From contig CM082595.2 in assembly GCA_040954595.2 (NCBI GenBank), positions 9,785,918 to 9,849,917 on the forward strand: 64,000 bases of DNA, read 5' to 3'. The notes under the pieces were generated by a model that was given only the letters and a program-made list of their open reading frames with translations, did no database searches and had not been told where the DNA came from. Position 1 is the first letter of the stretch. Every line of letters begins with the position of its first letter. The translations under genes and the position numbers were made by a program. The stretch comes from Balanoglossus misakiensis (Eukaryota; Animalia; Hemichordata). Of this stretch, positions 24,981 through 39,489 are shown piece by piece.

Positions 24981-27900
24981 CCTAGAATTAGGTACATGCG
25001 AAAGTTTTTGACAAGATAGATAAGTTGTAAAATATGTACATGAACCTGACAATTGACTTAAAATAACATAAGGCAGACTTGATACTTATCGGAGATAGAT
25101 ACTAATAACAACAGTGATGTTAATTACACCGGGAATGTTTGTCTTATTATAGCTACATGTAAAAGACTGCTTGAGGTAATGTAATTAAAGTGACCACTTG
25201 CGATTCACCTTCAAAGTGCTATGCAAGTCTACGGTACATTGTTTTTCCAATGACTGGACAAAGGATATTCATAATGTGTAATTAAGGCTGGATAGCATTT
25301 TCAATGTAATAAGCCCTGCCTTCACTATAATCTTACGCCAAATCAACATTGTTCAATTTATGTTAATAATTTCACTAAGGGATACTTGTTACATCAAATT
25401 TCCCAGCAAGGGGTGTCAGATTATTGGGCAAGTGGCATGCATGACACTAGACGATACTTTTGGAAGCAAAGCGGACAGAACACGGCTGGATATAGACTAG
25501 GTAATTCTGAATGTGACCATGAACTGTACCACAGACTCTGTATTGTATGTTTCTGAAGAATCCCATTTAACCCAGACATCAACATACTTCAACCTTGTAA
25601 GAAGTAGAACATACATGATTTACTAGTAAATATTTGCTAGCTTATAACACACTTTGGATTACACAAAAATAGGTGTGTACACCGCTGTGACATTGCCAAG
25701 CAGATATGACCTACCAGGTAACCTAATACAATTTCACAGGAATCGGAGTATTTTCAGTGAAAACAACATTTCTTCAACAATGACAAAAACTGCCTCAACC
25801 ACAAAAATTCAGATATCAACAAATCCAACAATATCTCACTTCAATCACCACAAGGAACATGCCTACCAAAATTGAAAGCAATTTGACATGCGGTTTCAAA
25901 GAATACAAATTGCAAAAATTGCCTCAAGACCACAAATATGCAAATTTCACCAAAATGATATACAACATTACTTGGGTTACCTCATGGAACAAGCAAACCA
26001 AAATTTAAATGCAACCTGACCTGACATGGAGTTTCAGAGAAAATGATTTTTGACCAAAAATGACAAAATTATATTTCCCAGAAATTACAAATTTTGCCAC
26101 AATTTAAACAATACTAACAAAGATTACCTATAGGAAATAGCATACTAAATTCTAGATACAATTCACGATATTAGCTGAAAGTATATCAGGCGTGACATAA
26201 GCTACATGCATACAAATGTTCAAAGCAATCTGACCAGTTGTTGAGTTTCTGAGTTTTGATCAATTTCACATTGCTCCAGGTAATTAGCATATTTCATTTG
26301 AACAGGCGTGCCTGCATCTAAAAACCCAATATCAAGACTTACCACACAGACTCTGTATTGTATGTTTCTGGAGTAATCAAATAAAACCAATCATGAAAAT
26401 ACTTCAACCTTCTTAATATGAACAAAATCCTATTTACAGGCTGGCCTACATCTACACACCAAATATCAAGGGGATACGCGAAGGGGTTTTCAAGTTTTTG
26501 ATGTGGACAGACATACATACATCCATACATACTACATACACACATACAGAGGCAACTGACTGGTCAGAAGGCATGAGCAAAAATGCAGGAAATCAATGTT
26601 GTGACACTGGTAGTAGGCCTTAATGTATACAATATCAAGACAGTTTATTTAACATGAAGTTTGATATGTTCATAATCATTCAGAGCTAAGCATATTTTGA
26701 AATTGTAAAATTAATATCAATCACATGAAAACTGACAGCATGCTTTCATTTGGGAATTTAGGTATTGTAATTAACACTAACAGTCATGAAACTATTGAAT
26801 CGTCAATAAAATCATACAGTAGAAATTAATGGGTTTTCTATTTATATGCGATGTGAAAATGCAACTTGTGGTCCTTCGGCCAGTAAGAGGCATCAGATAA
26901 TATTGTAAGACCCAGTTGCCCAATTGATTAGACCTACATGTATGCGCTGTGTGAAGCACAAGTTATGGCAACTGAATTCACAGGACACTGAAGAAAGTGG
27001 AATCACTCAAGGTACATATGTATACATGTAGGCTAACAATCACAACACAGAGAATAGTTCTCCATATTCATTTTTAATACGATAAGATTCACTGAATTGG
27101 CGCATCCATGGGCAGGCAAGGTTAGTTCCAACTCAGTTTGCAAATCAGGCCCATGTATCTTGTTCCCTGAGACTGTCTGCTTCTAATAATAGCTGTAAGA
27201 ACATAATCGTTGACCGAATGGTTGGTTCAATTTTGCGACATTTTATGATTTCAAGCTGTGCAATATTTGCAACTCAGTTTCAACTTTGGTTGGAGGGATG
27301 ATGATGAAGCAATTTCACTGACAAAATAGCACTACTAACTGACGTCAATATTTGTTCAAAGTTAAATGCATTGCCATCAGAAAAATGTATACGAAAAGTT
27401 TCGTATGTGAATAATAACACTTTTTCGCATAACTGCAAACCCTGTCACAGTTGTGAAATTCTAAGAAAATTCATTCATTAGGTAGAATTCGTGCTTTATG
27501 AATTCTTAAACAAACTTAGTCATGAAACCTAAATGGTTACCTTACACATGTGGAGGCTCGACTTCTGTGATATGATAGTCTTTAATTAATGTGTATGTGA
27601 TTCCATACAAATCCATATGATTACCTGAACATACAAAATAAATTAAAAATAAATACATAAATTAAAAATAAATAAGTATCTCATACATATGCATACGTGC
27701 TTGTGAGAAGTATATCATATATCTAAATAAACCTGTCATTTATCGACCTCATTTTCCCAGTAAACCAAAGGACTAAATTGCACTTTAATATTACAGCTTC
27801 ATTTCAATGCAACAGGTACACTACATCATAAGGGAACAAATATGCCAGCTCAACATTTATATAAACAGTGTCAAAATATAAGTGGCTACAAAAGCTTGTG

Positions 27901-28272
27901 TCCCTTCAATCCATTCTCCAACTCAGGTCAAACGTGTTACATATTAAAATTGCAATGTGCATAATATACAATTAGTCTTTTGTAAATTCAGACTGAGAAA
28001 ATATGACTGATAAACATTATCTGGCACATGTTGGTGAATGGCTGGCGTTGATGTTGTGGGTTGAAATCCGAACTATGATTATCGCGGGTACAAATCACAT
28101 TTATTTTCTCAGAGACAACACGTTTGCAACTTCGGGACAGAAAGGTGAAAACGAACGTCATTAGTTCTTGGGAAAAAACTCTGAAATCAATTTCGGTGAG
28201 GTCAAATGTGTTCCAAAGGCAAACCGTTTCTGGTAAACAAATCAATGGCAAATAGTTACTTCGGCGACTTAC

Positions 28273-28425
28273 CAATCAATCAACATGGCTGCCAAATCGT
28301 TGGATATCCCGGTTTCATCTCGCGATCATTCTATCTTCCGATATGGCGTTGCTTGGTTAAATTCGTCTCTTCTTTGCCGACATAGTCGGGCGACAGCGGT
28401 CCAGAAGCATATACAGCGACGCCAT
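28273..28425 (-). pseudogene. Decayed first exon at inner end of left arm (paralog 34826-34978, +)
   Basis: NRF1-like gcatgcgca, then YY1-type AAGATGGCG overlapping an ATG, and a donor TTG/gtaagt (gtatgt in the right copy). The reading frame is broken in both copies. Confidence 0.45.
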
Positions 28426-29935
28426 CTTGTTTACAATGTGAAGTATCAACTGCGCATGCTCAATGGTTGTTGATTGGAAAGTGGGCAGAGCCTGCAAGAT
28501 CCAGGGTTCGCTTGACCGGCCAAACGCGGTTATTCTCCCTGGACCAAATCATTTAAGCGTCAGGCGTAATACATCACATAATTGACTGGAGAACTAAACA
28601 GTCTTCCACCTATACATCAACACAGTTTATTAAACCAGCACCCGCGCAAATATTTACAAGTATATGATTAAAATTGATCAAATCATTAATCGCACGGTTA
28701 CAGCTGTCATAGTTTCTAATAATATTATTCACTGGTAGCGCTGACATACCATGTTGAAACTTGTCGCGGAAAACAAGATAATTGATCTTACGGTGTCATT
28801 TGTTTTTAAAAAGTGCTTAATAACTATTGATCCCATTGATATATTTTTCCATATTTATATATTTTTTGCAAAGTTTGACTGCTTGGGCTACTAATAGCAT
28901 GGTGATCACAATGGATTTACCACCTCCCAGCTGCGTTATAAAAGAATGCCTATTCTGTGGACACTAGCCTCATCGAAGACCGAACGTGTTCATCGATGTT
29001 TCCATTCATGACGAACTCCAATGCAGGCGTCGCAGTCATTCTGGCTTTCACGCTGTGGGCACCTCTGGTGACAGCAATTCCCAACAAGTTGCGGGTAAGT
29101 AATCACACAACCTATATGAGTGAAAGTTTCTTGTCATTTTCGCAACGTCAAGGTTGATATTCTCTTCTTGGATCCAAAATGTGTGACACAACAATGAATC
29201 TGCGTGGCAGGGTCGGCTGTGTCTTTTGCTTCGAGGCATAGTCGTCAGACACACATCCCTAACACGCGAAGCCAGCTTATCCTTTGATCAAATGGCAGCG
29301 CTATTCTAAATATTTTACAGCATGCCCTAAAGGACAAACACGTGCCGCTGGAAGAGGCCAAAACTCAGCAGAGACGGCAAGATGTTAACGGAGGTGAGCC
29401 CCAACAATAAATTAATATTGTTCCTTTTATTTAGAAAACGCCGCATAATTAGCCAACCAATCATGGTTATGAGAAACCTCCAAAATACAATGTATCGATA
29501 TTTACTGCATCTGTTCATACTTCGCCCGCGCTTTAAAAACCCTATAGCTGCTAAAATTGGCATATTTTTTTCCAGAGTAAAATACTTCATATGTATATTC
29601 CCTATTCCCTAAAATCTTCACCCGTGACCATTAAGCCATATTACTTGCATTTGCATTGGTTTGTCATCACTTGGCGTCGCATTTCACGATAGCTGCTTAG
29701 CTGCTATTGTTTGTATGAAGGCTGATTAAATCGGTGAGGCACCGTTTTAATACATAGCATGTTCCAATTGCAACATGCAGTCACAATCGGGCATCGATAA
29801 GATGTTTATGTATACCTATCAGTAAGCTTATTTTGATGAACCAATTTAAGTTGGAAAATAAAATCATGAAAATAATGCAAAAAGTGGCAGCTTTGGAGGC
29901 TTTAAACTACAGTTCTCCCAAATTGTCTTGACTAA

Positions 29936-30086
29936 ATGACATACATGTGGTCAAAAGTTCTGACTGCAGAAGAGGTTGCAGCTCTGGCGGCGGACTGTTC
30001 AATTGGAGGAAATATATTTACATGGAATACAGACAATATTGAAATGGCAGCAGAAATAGTTCCTACTGAAAAGAATGCTATCTGCA
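29936..30086 (+). pseudogene. Orphan 3' part of a pentraxin-domain exon
   Basis: YMWSKVLTAEEVAALAADCSIGGNIFTWNTDNIEMAAEIV...IC matches the pentraxin C-terminal pattern (W..VLs.eEI..l..C..GN.i.W). Phase-1 donor A/gtgagt at 30087. The 5' side abuts repeat sequence and no acceptor was found. Confidence 0.7.
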
Positions 30087-30977
30087 GTGAGTATCACAAC
30101 TTTAAAATGAAAGATTTTGCAAATTTAAAAAAAATATTGAGTGTTTTGACATGCGTCAGTGGTCAGTAACACACAAGCTGCATGATAAGAGGGTCACGAG
30201 AAATTGTAAGCCGCAATGTATAATGGATTAACTCCATGACCTATGCGACCTACGAACTGTGACGTACAGAATTTATTTCTACGTGTAATGCGGTCTGCGG
30301 CAGTGCGCCACAGACCGCATTGCGAGAGCAGTGAGAATTCACCACAATGCAAACTTTCTGAACGTAGGTTGATCTTCGAATGAAATATTACCTTGTCACC
30401 AGTTTTCCACATGGCTACACTGTAAAATTGGGTGACGTGTTCGTTCACAAGTGGAATAATTGTGAGTAGTAAAGCACGCGAAGTTAAGCAACGAGCACGT
30501 TTTGAAATGCGCGCAGATGATCCCAGTTTAGCAAATTCAGGCCATTGCGTGCATGCAAAAAAAATAATACTGTACCGGGGGTGAGCCTACTTTCTTTCCA
30601 TACAGATACACGTATATGTTGGTTAAGGTATGTGACAAACAGTTTTCATGTAACAGCCAGTGATGCTGACCATAAAACCAGCGCAGCTGATGCTTTCATC
30701 TACAATTTGCAACATGGACGTTTGTGTCTCTGCATGTGTCGTGCATGTTACTGCTGAACAAAAAAGATATGCGGGCACCACAGGCTGGCGAAAGCGGTGC
30801 TCACGTGCTCTGCAAGCTGATGTTGTCACTAAATTGGCAAAGTATTGTACACATGGAGGAGTTTCTTGAGCTGTCTGCTGTATAAATGTCGGTTGTGAGT
30901 ACATTATTTTTTATTTTATTTTAATAATTTTCAAAGCCCCTATGATTGAAGCATATTATTACGACTCATCCGTTCAT

Positions 30978-31060
30978 CATTCATTCATTCATTCATTCAT
31001 TCATTCATTCATTCATTCATTCATTCATTCATTCATTCATTCATTCATTCATCCATTCAG
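30978..31060. repeat. (CATT)n microsatellite
   Basis: About 20 tandem cattcatt-type tetramers. Confidence 0.97.
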
Positions 31061-33559
31061 TCAGTCACTGTACCAATTGAAGACGCCCTTGTATAGGAGA
31101 ATTTAGCTATGTACTGACTGTCTTTTCATTTTTTCTTCATCCTATAGAATCTACCGACCTGGTCGCTGTCAATAACAATTCAACTCCTTAAACATCCTGT
31201 GTGTGTGAAGTCTATGAACACTGGCCATGCATTTCAATTCAAGGACAAAATGAATGCGCAATATTTCGTTTTATCGAGAGTAATGTGCAGTGATTACATT
31301 TGCTAGGGCTCTCTTAGCAGATTTGGAGTTAGTCATTTTGGTAGAAACTTTTCGAGATGGGAAATCTTTGGTCATCTAACCAAGTTATTTGTATTTTTGT
31401 TATATAAGACAGAGTCATTTCTATATCATAGATGCAAGTTTAATTTATAACATGAATTTGAATAAAATATTTTTTTTTAAATATCACCACATGAATTTGA
31501 ATAAAATATTTTTTTTTAAATATCACCAGATTGAAATCTTTGGAAGTTTGCACTTAGAGGGATGGCATGGCAGTTTTCCACTGTTCATATTACAAAGAAT
31601 TTGGCGTCACGTGTAGATTTCATGAGTGTTCGAGTTTTGCTCTTCCCAGCCTCGTACCCACAATCCTCTGATACTTACACTTTCGTCAGTTCTATAGCCG
31701 CTGACCCACTAGATTCTCCTTATGAATTGCCCAAATTATTTTTTGGTATAGTTTTGATAGTTAGTGCACGGAAACTTTTGATCGATTCACGAAATTCAAA
31801 ATATGTTACATCACAAACCTCATAAAATGGAGGCTAGAGTAGCCTGTTTGTTTTCAGGTAATTTTACAATTACCTCAATTACCTTTTTTCGAGGGAGGGG
31901 GTTAAGAAAACATACAGATTGAAATAACAAGGAAGTGGTATATCAAACCGAAACCTTATCTCAATCGTGATTCTAGAGTGTTTCCATGTCATGTGACATC
32001 CACAAAAATGTGGTATTATCTTGAAAAGAGTCCCGATTTCCCAAACTGGTTTTGCGAATGTACTTCACTTTGGAGCAATGCATGAGTACATTCGTAGAAA
32101 GATATTGCTCCACTATTTACTGACACTCCTCTTGTACTGCAAATATTACTGCATTCTGTCAGGGCAAGACAAAAGACACAGCAGAACTGCCAGAATTAAA
32201 ACAGACAACTGGCAATTTCAATAAACATGTAATAACAAATATATGTAACATTGAATGAGGTGTCCATACAGCTTGGTCATTTAAAGACCTCCAGTCATTG
32301 TGACAATGCATAAATATTTATGTACACCATGTTAAAAATTAGTTCAGGCATACCTTATACATGTATGTTTTTGACTGACCATATCCTCAGCACGCCCTTT
32401 TTTTCAAAAAGACTATCATTATTCTCTGCCAGGCAGAGAGTTGCCGCTTTCTTGTTAACAATAATATACTATTATAACATTGCATAGATTCCTGTTTGTT
32501 TCTGTCCATATCTCACAAACTGTGGTGTGCATACTGTTGAAATGACCTCAAGAAGAAAATGCCAAATGGAAAAATATTTGACATACTAACCTGTATGATA
32601 ATGTTATACGGTACAATATATTTAACGGTTCCAATCCAATGTTGAGAACTAACAAAACAATTTGAGCAGAATTATTTAAAATTAATTGCAGTTCCGTTTC
32701 ACCGCATTTCATAGGATGCTGGCTAAAATTCATACTATGGTGGATTACCTGTTATGCATTTCTTTCCCTATTTCGTCTGGCAGATTTGAGCTTGACAAGC
32801 TGTCATTTTCCTTTCAGCTCCGCAAAATTGATGGATTTACTTTGACAGCACACAGACTGTCCATTTGTCATCGGAGATACAAGCAGCATCAGGTGCTGAA
32901 CAGCTTGCAGCAGTGTTGGAAAAGAGTACACAACACTAACTTGCAAGAGTGCTTTGGCCCTTTCTTCACACTGTCCGAAACTTGTTGTGTTACATCATTG
33001 CTTAATGAATAAGAAATACACAGGTATTTAGCGTTCTATTCAATACCTACAATAGATAAAAGGGTGTTGGTCTGTATGCGACAATCTTCAATGTTCTTAT
33101 GAGCACAAGGCTTTATTCAGGGAACGTTTTACAGTAAGAATTATATGATATAAACTGAATAAGTTTGTTGTCTGTCAACTCTTCTGTCTTTGTCTTACCG
33201 ATACGGTTCTAACCGCGAACACTGAGGCTTCTCTGCTCGTACACAGTATAAATCAATGGATGATAAAATGCGCCCTCTTTTGGTGAACTCTTCCTACCGC
33301 CCGACCTTCTACCTTACATTAAGGCATGTAGGGCGGTCAGGTAGATGGCAGTGTATTGCAAGCGTCTCTTGCATATTTTTTTCCGCCAGGAATGGCATAC
33401 ATTCGTTTTTGGCGACACCACAACTGCTGGAACTTCTCGAAAAATTGAGAGCCGGATTTCATAAATGCTCATGTTTTCCGAAGGGCTGAAAGAAGATCCA
33501 GAGTGGAATATTTAAATTTGCCTGTGGCAGACATCATAGTGGCTGCCAGTTATTCTATT

Positions 33560-33750
33560 TCTTGTGCAAGAGATAGTATCTTGTTCCAGCGAGATGTTTT
33601 CTCGTGTGCACGAGAAACATGCTATCTCGTGCATATCTCGTGCGCACGAGAAAATTGCGAGCGCACTCGTGTTCACGAGAAAATATCACATGCACACGTA
33701 AGTCGTGCGCACGAGATAAAAAAATGTGCCCTGTAGTCTTTCTTAGGACA
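33560..33750. mobile_element. Array of CTCGTGCGCACGAG-type palindromes; possible non-autonomous Crypton-like element
   Basis: At least 5 variants (ctcgtgtgcacgag, ctcgtgcgcacgag, ctcgtgttcacgag, gtcgtgcgcacgag), ending aaaaaatgtgccct. The family label comes from recollection of similar repeats. Confidence 0.4.
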
Positions 33751-36433
33751 TGGTAGCGTGACGTCGCATTGTAATTAACGGACGATCTTGGAAATTCGGC
33801 TATTAATGGTGAATGGACTTTCGCCTCCTTCGAACAACAACAGAGACTGACGTCGCAACAATGACAGAAAAAGTGAAGCAAATGGCCGACAAAACGAAGA
33901 GAATCGGAAAACGGGCAGGATCCTCGGCACAGACATCTGGGAATAATACCACCGCATCAAATAGAACGACGAGTAGTGCAGGACAAACCGCCACCAGTGA
34001 CTATGACAACAAGTCTGAAGGCGATGCTGGCGAACCCTTGCACAATACAACTACAGTCCTACAGAGAAATGCAGCCCAGCGCCACTCAAGATTTTCCATT
34101 CCTGGTCTGGCAGCAGCCAAAATATGTTGTTGTTTTTTCTCTTAGAAGCGACCTCAGTCTGAGCTGCATGAGAATAAACTGTAGGTTGGGAATACAACAA
34201 AAAAACACGCAGTCGCTGCGGTCAACACGTAGCTATTAGTTTCGGTTTTATGTTCGCTACAGCTCGGAAACCAAAATGTGGTACAACTTCAAGCTACATA
34301 AACTGGAAAGCATAGTACGTGCAGAGCAGACCATGGTGACGAAAGCAGGTATTCTAGGTCGTAAGATAAAAACACGGCGCTAGAAAAACAGTCATCAAAA
34401 GTTGCACGTGTTCCCCGGCCACAAATAATGTAATTGTTGGCGCACAGAAAGTCCAGTCGATAAACGTTTACGCTATAGAAACTCACTCTCTCAGCAAAAG
34501 TCTGACACCCTCGTCAATGACAAAACGCAAACCGAGCTGGGTATGATCAAGTCAAACATAGGGCCAATCCCCACTCTGTGTTTTATTATTTTCCACATAC
34601 GATGGTTCTAAATAAAAATGTACCTATTTGAAATGCTTACCGAGGTAAGATCATTGAAAGTTTTCAAACGTTGATGACAAATGTATAACTGATTTTTTAC
34701 AAATGAATAATCGCGCACTTGCATGTTATTTTCTCTATACCAGACACCGCGCGCGCGCCGTTGGCAAAAAAAAAACGCGGAAAATTATTGAGCATGCGCA
34801 GTCGATACTTCACATTGTAAACAAGATGGCGTCGCTGCCTATGCTTCTGGACCGCTGTCGCCTGACTATGTCGGCAAAGAAGAGACGAATTTAACCATGC
34901 AACGCCATATCGGAAGACAGAATGATCGCGAGATGAAACCGGGCTATCCAACGATTAGGCAGCCATGTTGACTGATTGGTATGTCGCCGAAGTAATTATT
35001 TGCCATTGATTTGTTTACCAGAAACGGTTTGCCTTTGGAACACATTTGGCCTCACCGAAATTGATTTCAGAGGTTTTTTCCCAAAAACTAATGACGTTCG
35101 TTTTCACCTGAGTGCGAGGATGGATTGAAGGGACACAAGCTTTTGTAGCCACCAATATTTTGACACTCTTTATATCAATGTTGAGCTGGCATATTTGCTC
35201 CAATATGATGTAGTGTACCTGTTGCATTGAAATGAAGCTGTAATAATATTACAGTGCAATCTAGTCCTTTGGGTTAATAGGAAAACGAGGTCAATAAATG
35301 ACAGGTTTATTTAAATACAGGATATATTTATCACAAGCACTTATGCATATGTATGAGATACTTATTTATTTTTAATTTATTTTTTATTTTTTATTTATTT
35401 TGTACGTTCAGGTAATCATATGGATTTGTATGGAATCACATACACATTAATTGAAGACTATCATATCACAGAAGTCGAGCCGCCAGATGTGTAAGGTAAC
35501 CATTTAGGTTTCATGACTAAGTTTGTTTAAGAATTCATAAAGCTACCCAATGAATGAATTTCCTTAAAATTTCACAAATGTGACAGAGTTTGCAGTTGTG
35601 CAAGAAAGTGTGTATTATTCACATAAGAATTTTTTCGTATGCATTTTTCTGATGGCAATGCATTTGACTGTAAACAAATATGGATGTCAGTTAGTAGTGC
35701 TATTTTGTCAGTGAAATGGCTTCATCATCATCCCTCCAACCAAAGTTGAAACAGAGTTGCAAATATTGCACAGCTTGAAATCATAAAATGTTGCAAAATT
35801 GAACCAACCCTTTGGTCAACGATTATGTTCTTACAGCTATTATTAGAACCAGACAGTCTCAGGGAACAAGAGACATGGGCCTGATTTGCAAGTTGAGTTA
35901 GAACTGCCTTTGCCTGCCCACGGACGCCCCAATTTCAGCAAAAATTATTGCATTAAAATATGAGTATGGAGAACTATGCTCTGTGTTTCTTTTGTTAGCT
36001 TACATAGCTGTTGTCATTCTAGTTTTTCCTCCGTCCTGTGAGCAGAGTTTCAGTTGCGAAAACCGACAGTTATCAAAGTACAAAAGTACACCTAAATTGC
36101 CTCGGTGATGAGCATGCAGAATTTATCTGATGCTTCTTACTGGCAGAAGGACCCCACCAGTTGCAGATTGTGAATTCCATGGCACAAGGGAATTTACGCT
36201 TTGCGTTCAAATATAAATAATTAAATCCTGTAAAATTATTCTATATGTTATTTATTGATGATTCAAAAGTGTTATGACTGATTGTGTTAGAGTACCTGTA
36301 TTCCATATAAGCATGCTGTCAGTGCACATCCGATTGATAACAATTTCACATTTTTAAAAATTTGCTTCTCTGAATAATTATGAATACATAAAACTTCATA
36401 TGATATAAATTGTCCTGATATCGTAAACATTAA

Positions 36434-36888
36434 ACCCCGATGCGTGGTATAAAAGACCCCCCAAATCAGTGGCGAATCTTAATGCCGTTTGACTGACAAC
36501 AGACAACACCAACGATCTTGGCTCTAACGATCTTGGCTCTATGAAAATCGGCCCAAACAGATCCAAGCATAAAGAATTACACCACACAACAACAGTGGTT
36601 GGCTTTATAAACACACACAACATAAAGTTATCGATGAAAAAGTACACGAGCTTTTGAAACAACGATGATTTTGGGAGAAATCTGGTTTCAGTGCTTTTCA
36701 GAAGCATCCCTGGGAAACAATAACCACGCCATTCAAACAGCTGTCAATCGCATAGAGGTGTAAAGTGTTCAATTATTTTCTATGTACATGAGATCAATTA
36801 CACAGTTATTATGCACGACGACCACTCCCAAATAAACAACTGTACAAACACACGTTAATCCGAACCCCAGTACTTTCCGCACCGGGGT
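36434..36888. mobile_element. TTAA-targeting non-autonomous DNA element (455 bp), right arm only
   Basis: TIR accccg(a/g)tgcg. TTAA at 36430-36433 and 36889-36892. A single TTAA is at the empty left-arm site (~26620). Confidence 0.85.
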
Positions 36889-37994
36889 TTAAGGCCTAAT
36901 GCTAGTGTCACAACATTGATTACCAGACCGTTTCCCTATGTATGTATGTATGTATGTATGTATGTATGTATGTATGTATGTATGCAGCCATGTATGCATG
37001 TGTTTGTGTGTGTGTGTACATGTGTGTATGCATGTTACATGTATATATGGATGTATTTCTGCCCTGATCCAAAACATGAAACCACGCTTTTTTTATTTTG
37101 GTGTGTAGATGGGATTTTGCTTAAATGAAGTTGTCATTGCAAAAATACGCAAATAACCTGTGAAATATGTGGAATTGATCAAAACTCAACAACTGGTTAG
37201 ACTGCTTTGAACATTTGTATGCATGTAGGTAATGTCATCATACCTGATATACTTTGAGTTTATATCGTGAATTGTCTATTTTCATGCAATTATTTTGTCT
37301 TGTTTTACCATTTGAAAAAAAATCTTTTCCTCTTAAAGAGATTGGCTGATTTCTTTAGAATTTAGTATGACACTTCCGGTAGGTGATCTTAGTTGGTTTT
37401 GTTTAAATTGTCGCAGAATTTGTAATCTGTCATTTTTGGTCAAAATTCATTTTCTGAGAAACTCCTTAGATTGCTTTTAAATTTTGGTATGCTTGTTCCA
37501 AGAGGTAACCCAAGTAATGTTGTATATCATTTTGGTGAAATGTACATATTGTGGTCTTGGGGCAATTTTTGCAATTTGTATTCTTTGAAACTACTAGTCA
37601 GATTGCTTTCAACTTTGGTAGGCGTGGTGATTGAAGTAGATATTATACAATTTGTTGATAGTTGGATAGATGTGGTTTGAGGCAGTTTTTGTCATTGTTG
37701 AATGTTGTTTTCCCTAAAATACTTGTCTGGTTCCTTTGAAATGTTCTTACAGTAGGTCATATCTGCTTGCCAATGTCACATGATTTTTCCCATGAACACA
37801 GACATACCTAATTTTGTGTAATCCCCAGATGGGACCACAGTGTGTAATAACCTGACCAACAGTGACTAGTATATCCTGTGTGTTATACAGTACTTCTCAC
37901 AAGGTTGAAGTACATGTAGACTGTTGATGATTTTTTGCGATTCTTCAGAAACTTACAATACAGAGTCTAATGTGGTAACGTCCATGGTCACATT

Positions 37995-39489
37995 AGTCCT
38001 GTTTCAAAATGACCTACATTACACGTCCTATACACATGTATTGCATGTTTTGATTGGTTTATCCGCTTCTCTTAGGTCCACTTGCGGCACGCTGATTGGA
38101 GGGACCTTGTAGGTTAGGTCTTATTATTATGTATTATTCACTAGACCTTGTAGGTTAGGTCTTATTACTATGCATTTTTCGCTTTACAGCTCCCTGATTG
38201 GTTAACGTGTCAGTCTGGTCCCCCATGTGTTCACTGCCTCATAATACAGGACCTTGTAGGTTAGGTCATATTACTATGCATTTTTCGCTTTACAGCTCCC
38301 TGATTGGTTAACGTGTCAGTCTGGTCCCCCATGTGTTCACTGCCTCATAATACAGGACCTTGTAGGTTAGGTCATATTAATATGTATTTATTCACCATAC
38401 AGCTCCCTGATTGGTTAACGTGTCAGTCTGGTCTCCCAGTGTTCACTGCCTCATTGTGAAATGTCCCATGTGCTTCCTGGCTAGCGTTGTGGTAACACAT
38501 TATTCGGGATGTCCGCAGATCATTCATTAATTTTCTGAGAAATAGCCTGACTGATACTATCTCCAACATAAACCGCACCCTGGAAAGATTAAATGATTTT
38601 TAGATGGACTTTGAAAATCTGATTAACACATCTAAGCATTTTTGCTAACAGTTGTATATTTTCTTAAATCACCCTCCTACTTCTCATCATCAATATTATT
38701 ATTGTTGTTTTACTATTTTAAAGTAAATTTGTTTTGACGTAGATGTTGTGAAAAGGAGTACGTTGTCCGTTTATACATTCGTATATTGTTTTCATAAAAA
38801 TGGAACTATGACGGTGCAGCTTCGTGAAAGAAGTACAATAAAAGTAATCATACCTGTAAAGCAACTAATGAGGTATCCCAATTAAAGAAATGCAATGCTA
38901 TTCTAAACAGTTCTATTGTAAGATATTTTTGGTTTGCTCGAATGAATAGCACACACTTCGTATTCAGCCAGGTGTTACACAAAGTGATGCGCTGAAAAGC
39001 ATTACGTAACAAAACACTAGCCCATTTCAACAAACCGCCACTGGAAATAAAATAAAAAAATTCTCCTGGCAATTTTTATTTCGAGTATCTAGTTCACAGT
39101 ATCACAAAAAAATGCCATGAATAGTGAAGGAAAGGTTAAATCCAATCATTATATGAGTGCCTTTCTTTATACACTGGGATCGAGCTTCGACAACGCGCAG
39201 GCAGCATGCCAGACAGAATACGACAACTGTATTCAGAAAGTACAAAAGACTTTGCATAACGAGGCAGTGAAAATTGGAGACCTACACATTAACCAATCAG
39301 GGAGCTGTAAAGTGAATAATACATAGTAATAAGACCTAACCTACAAGGTCTAGTGAATAATACATAATAATAAGACCTAACACATAAGGTCCCTCCAATC
39401 ACCGTGCCTCAAGTGGACCTAAGATTACCAGATGGACCAATCACAGATGTCGGTACATATGTCATGGACCTGACTTATGAAACATGACT
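37995..39489. mobile_element. Long-TIR non-autonomous DNA element (1.5 kb), 3-bp TSD ATT, right arm only
   Basis: Termini agtc(c/a)tgtttca. ~200-bp inverted ends with internal gaccttgtaggttaggtc repeats and ~107-bp tandem units. ATT at 37992-37994 and 39490-39492. Empty site in the left arm (~25510). Confidence 0.8.

Larger units (their letters stand above)
17293..28464. repeat. Left arm of giant imperfect palindrome
   Basis: Collinear reverse-complement matches to 34787-44800, e.g. 17300-17640/44450-44800, 18380-18730/43085-43445, 20400-20680/41975-42210, 23030-25530/39490-41975, 25500-26620/36890-37995, 26620-28464/34787-36430. Confidence 0.95.

Noticed and set aside
31449-31529. 39-bp tandem duplication near the palindrome centre
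   Set aside because: An ordinary AT-rich local duplication with no evident link to the symmetry axis.
33813-34145. 110-aa Ser/Thr-rich ORF in the palindrome spacer
   Set aside because: Low complexity, no domain and no clear splice partner. It could be a LINE ORF1 start but this is unsupported.
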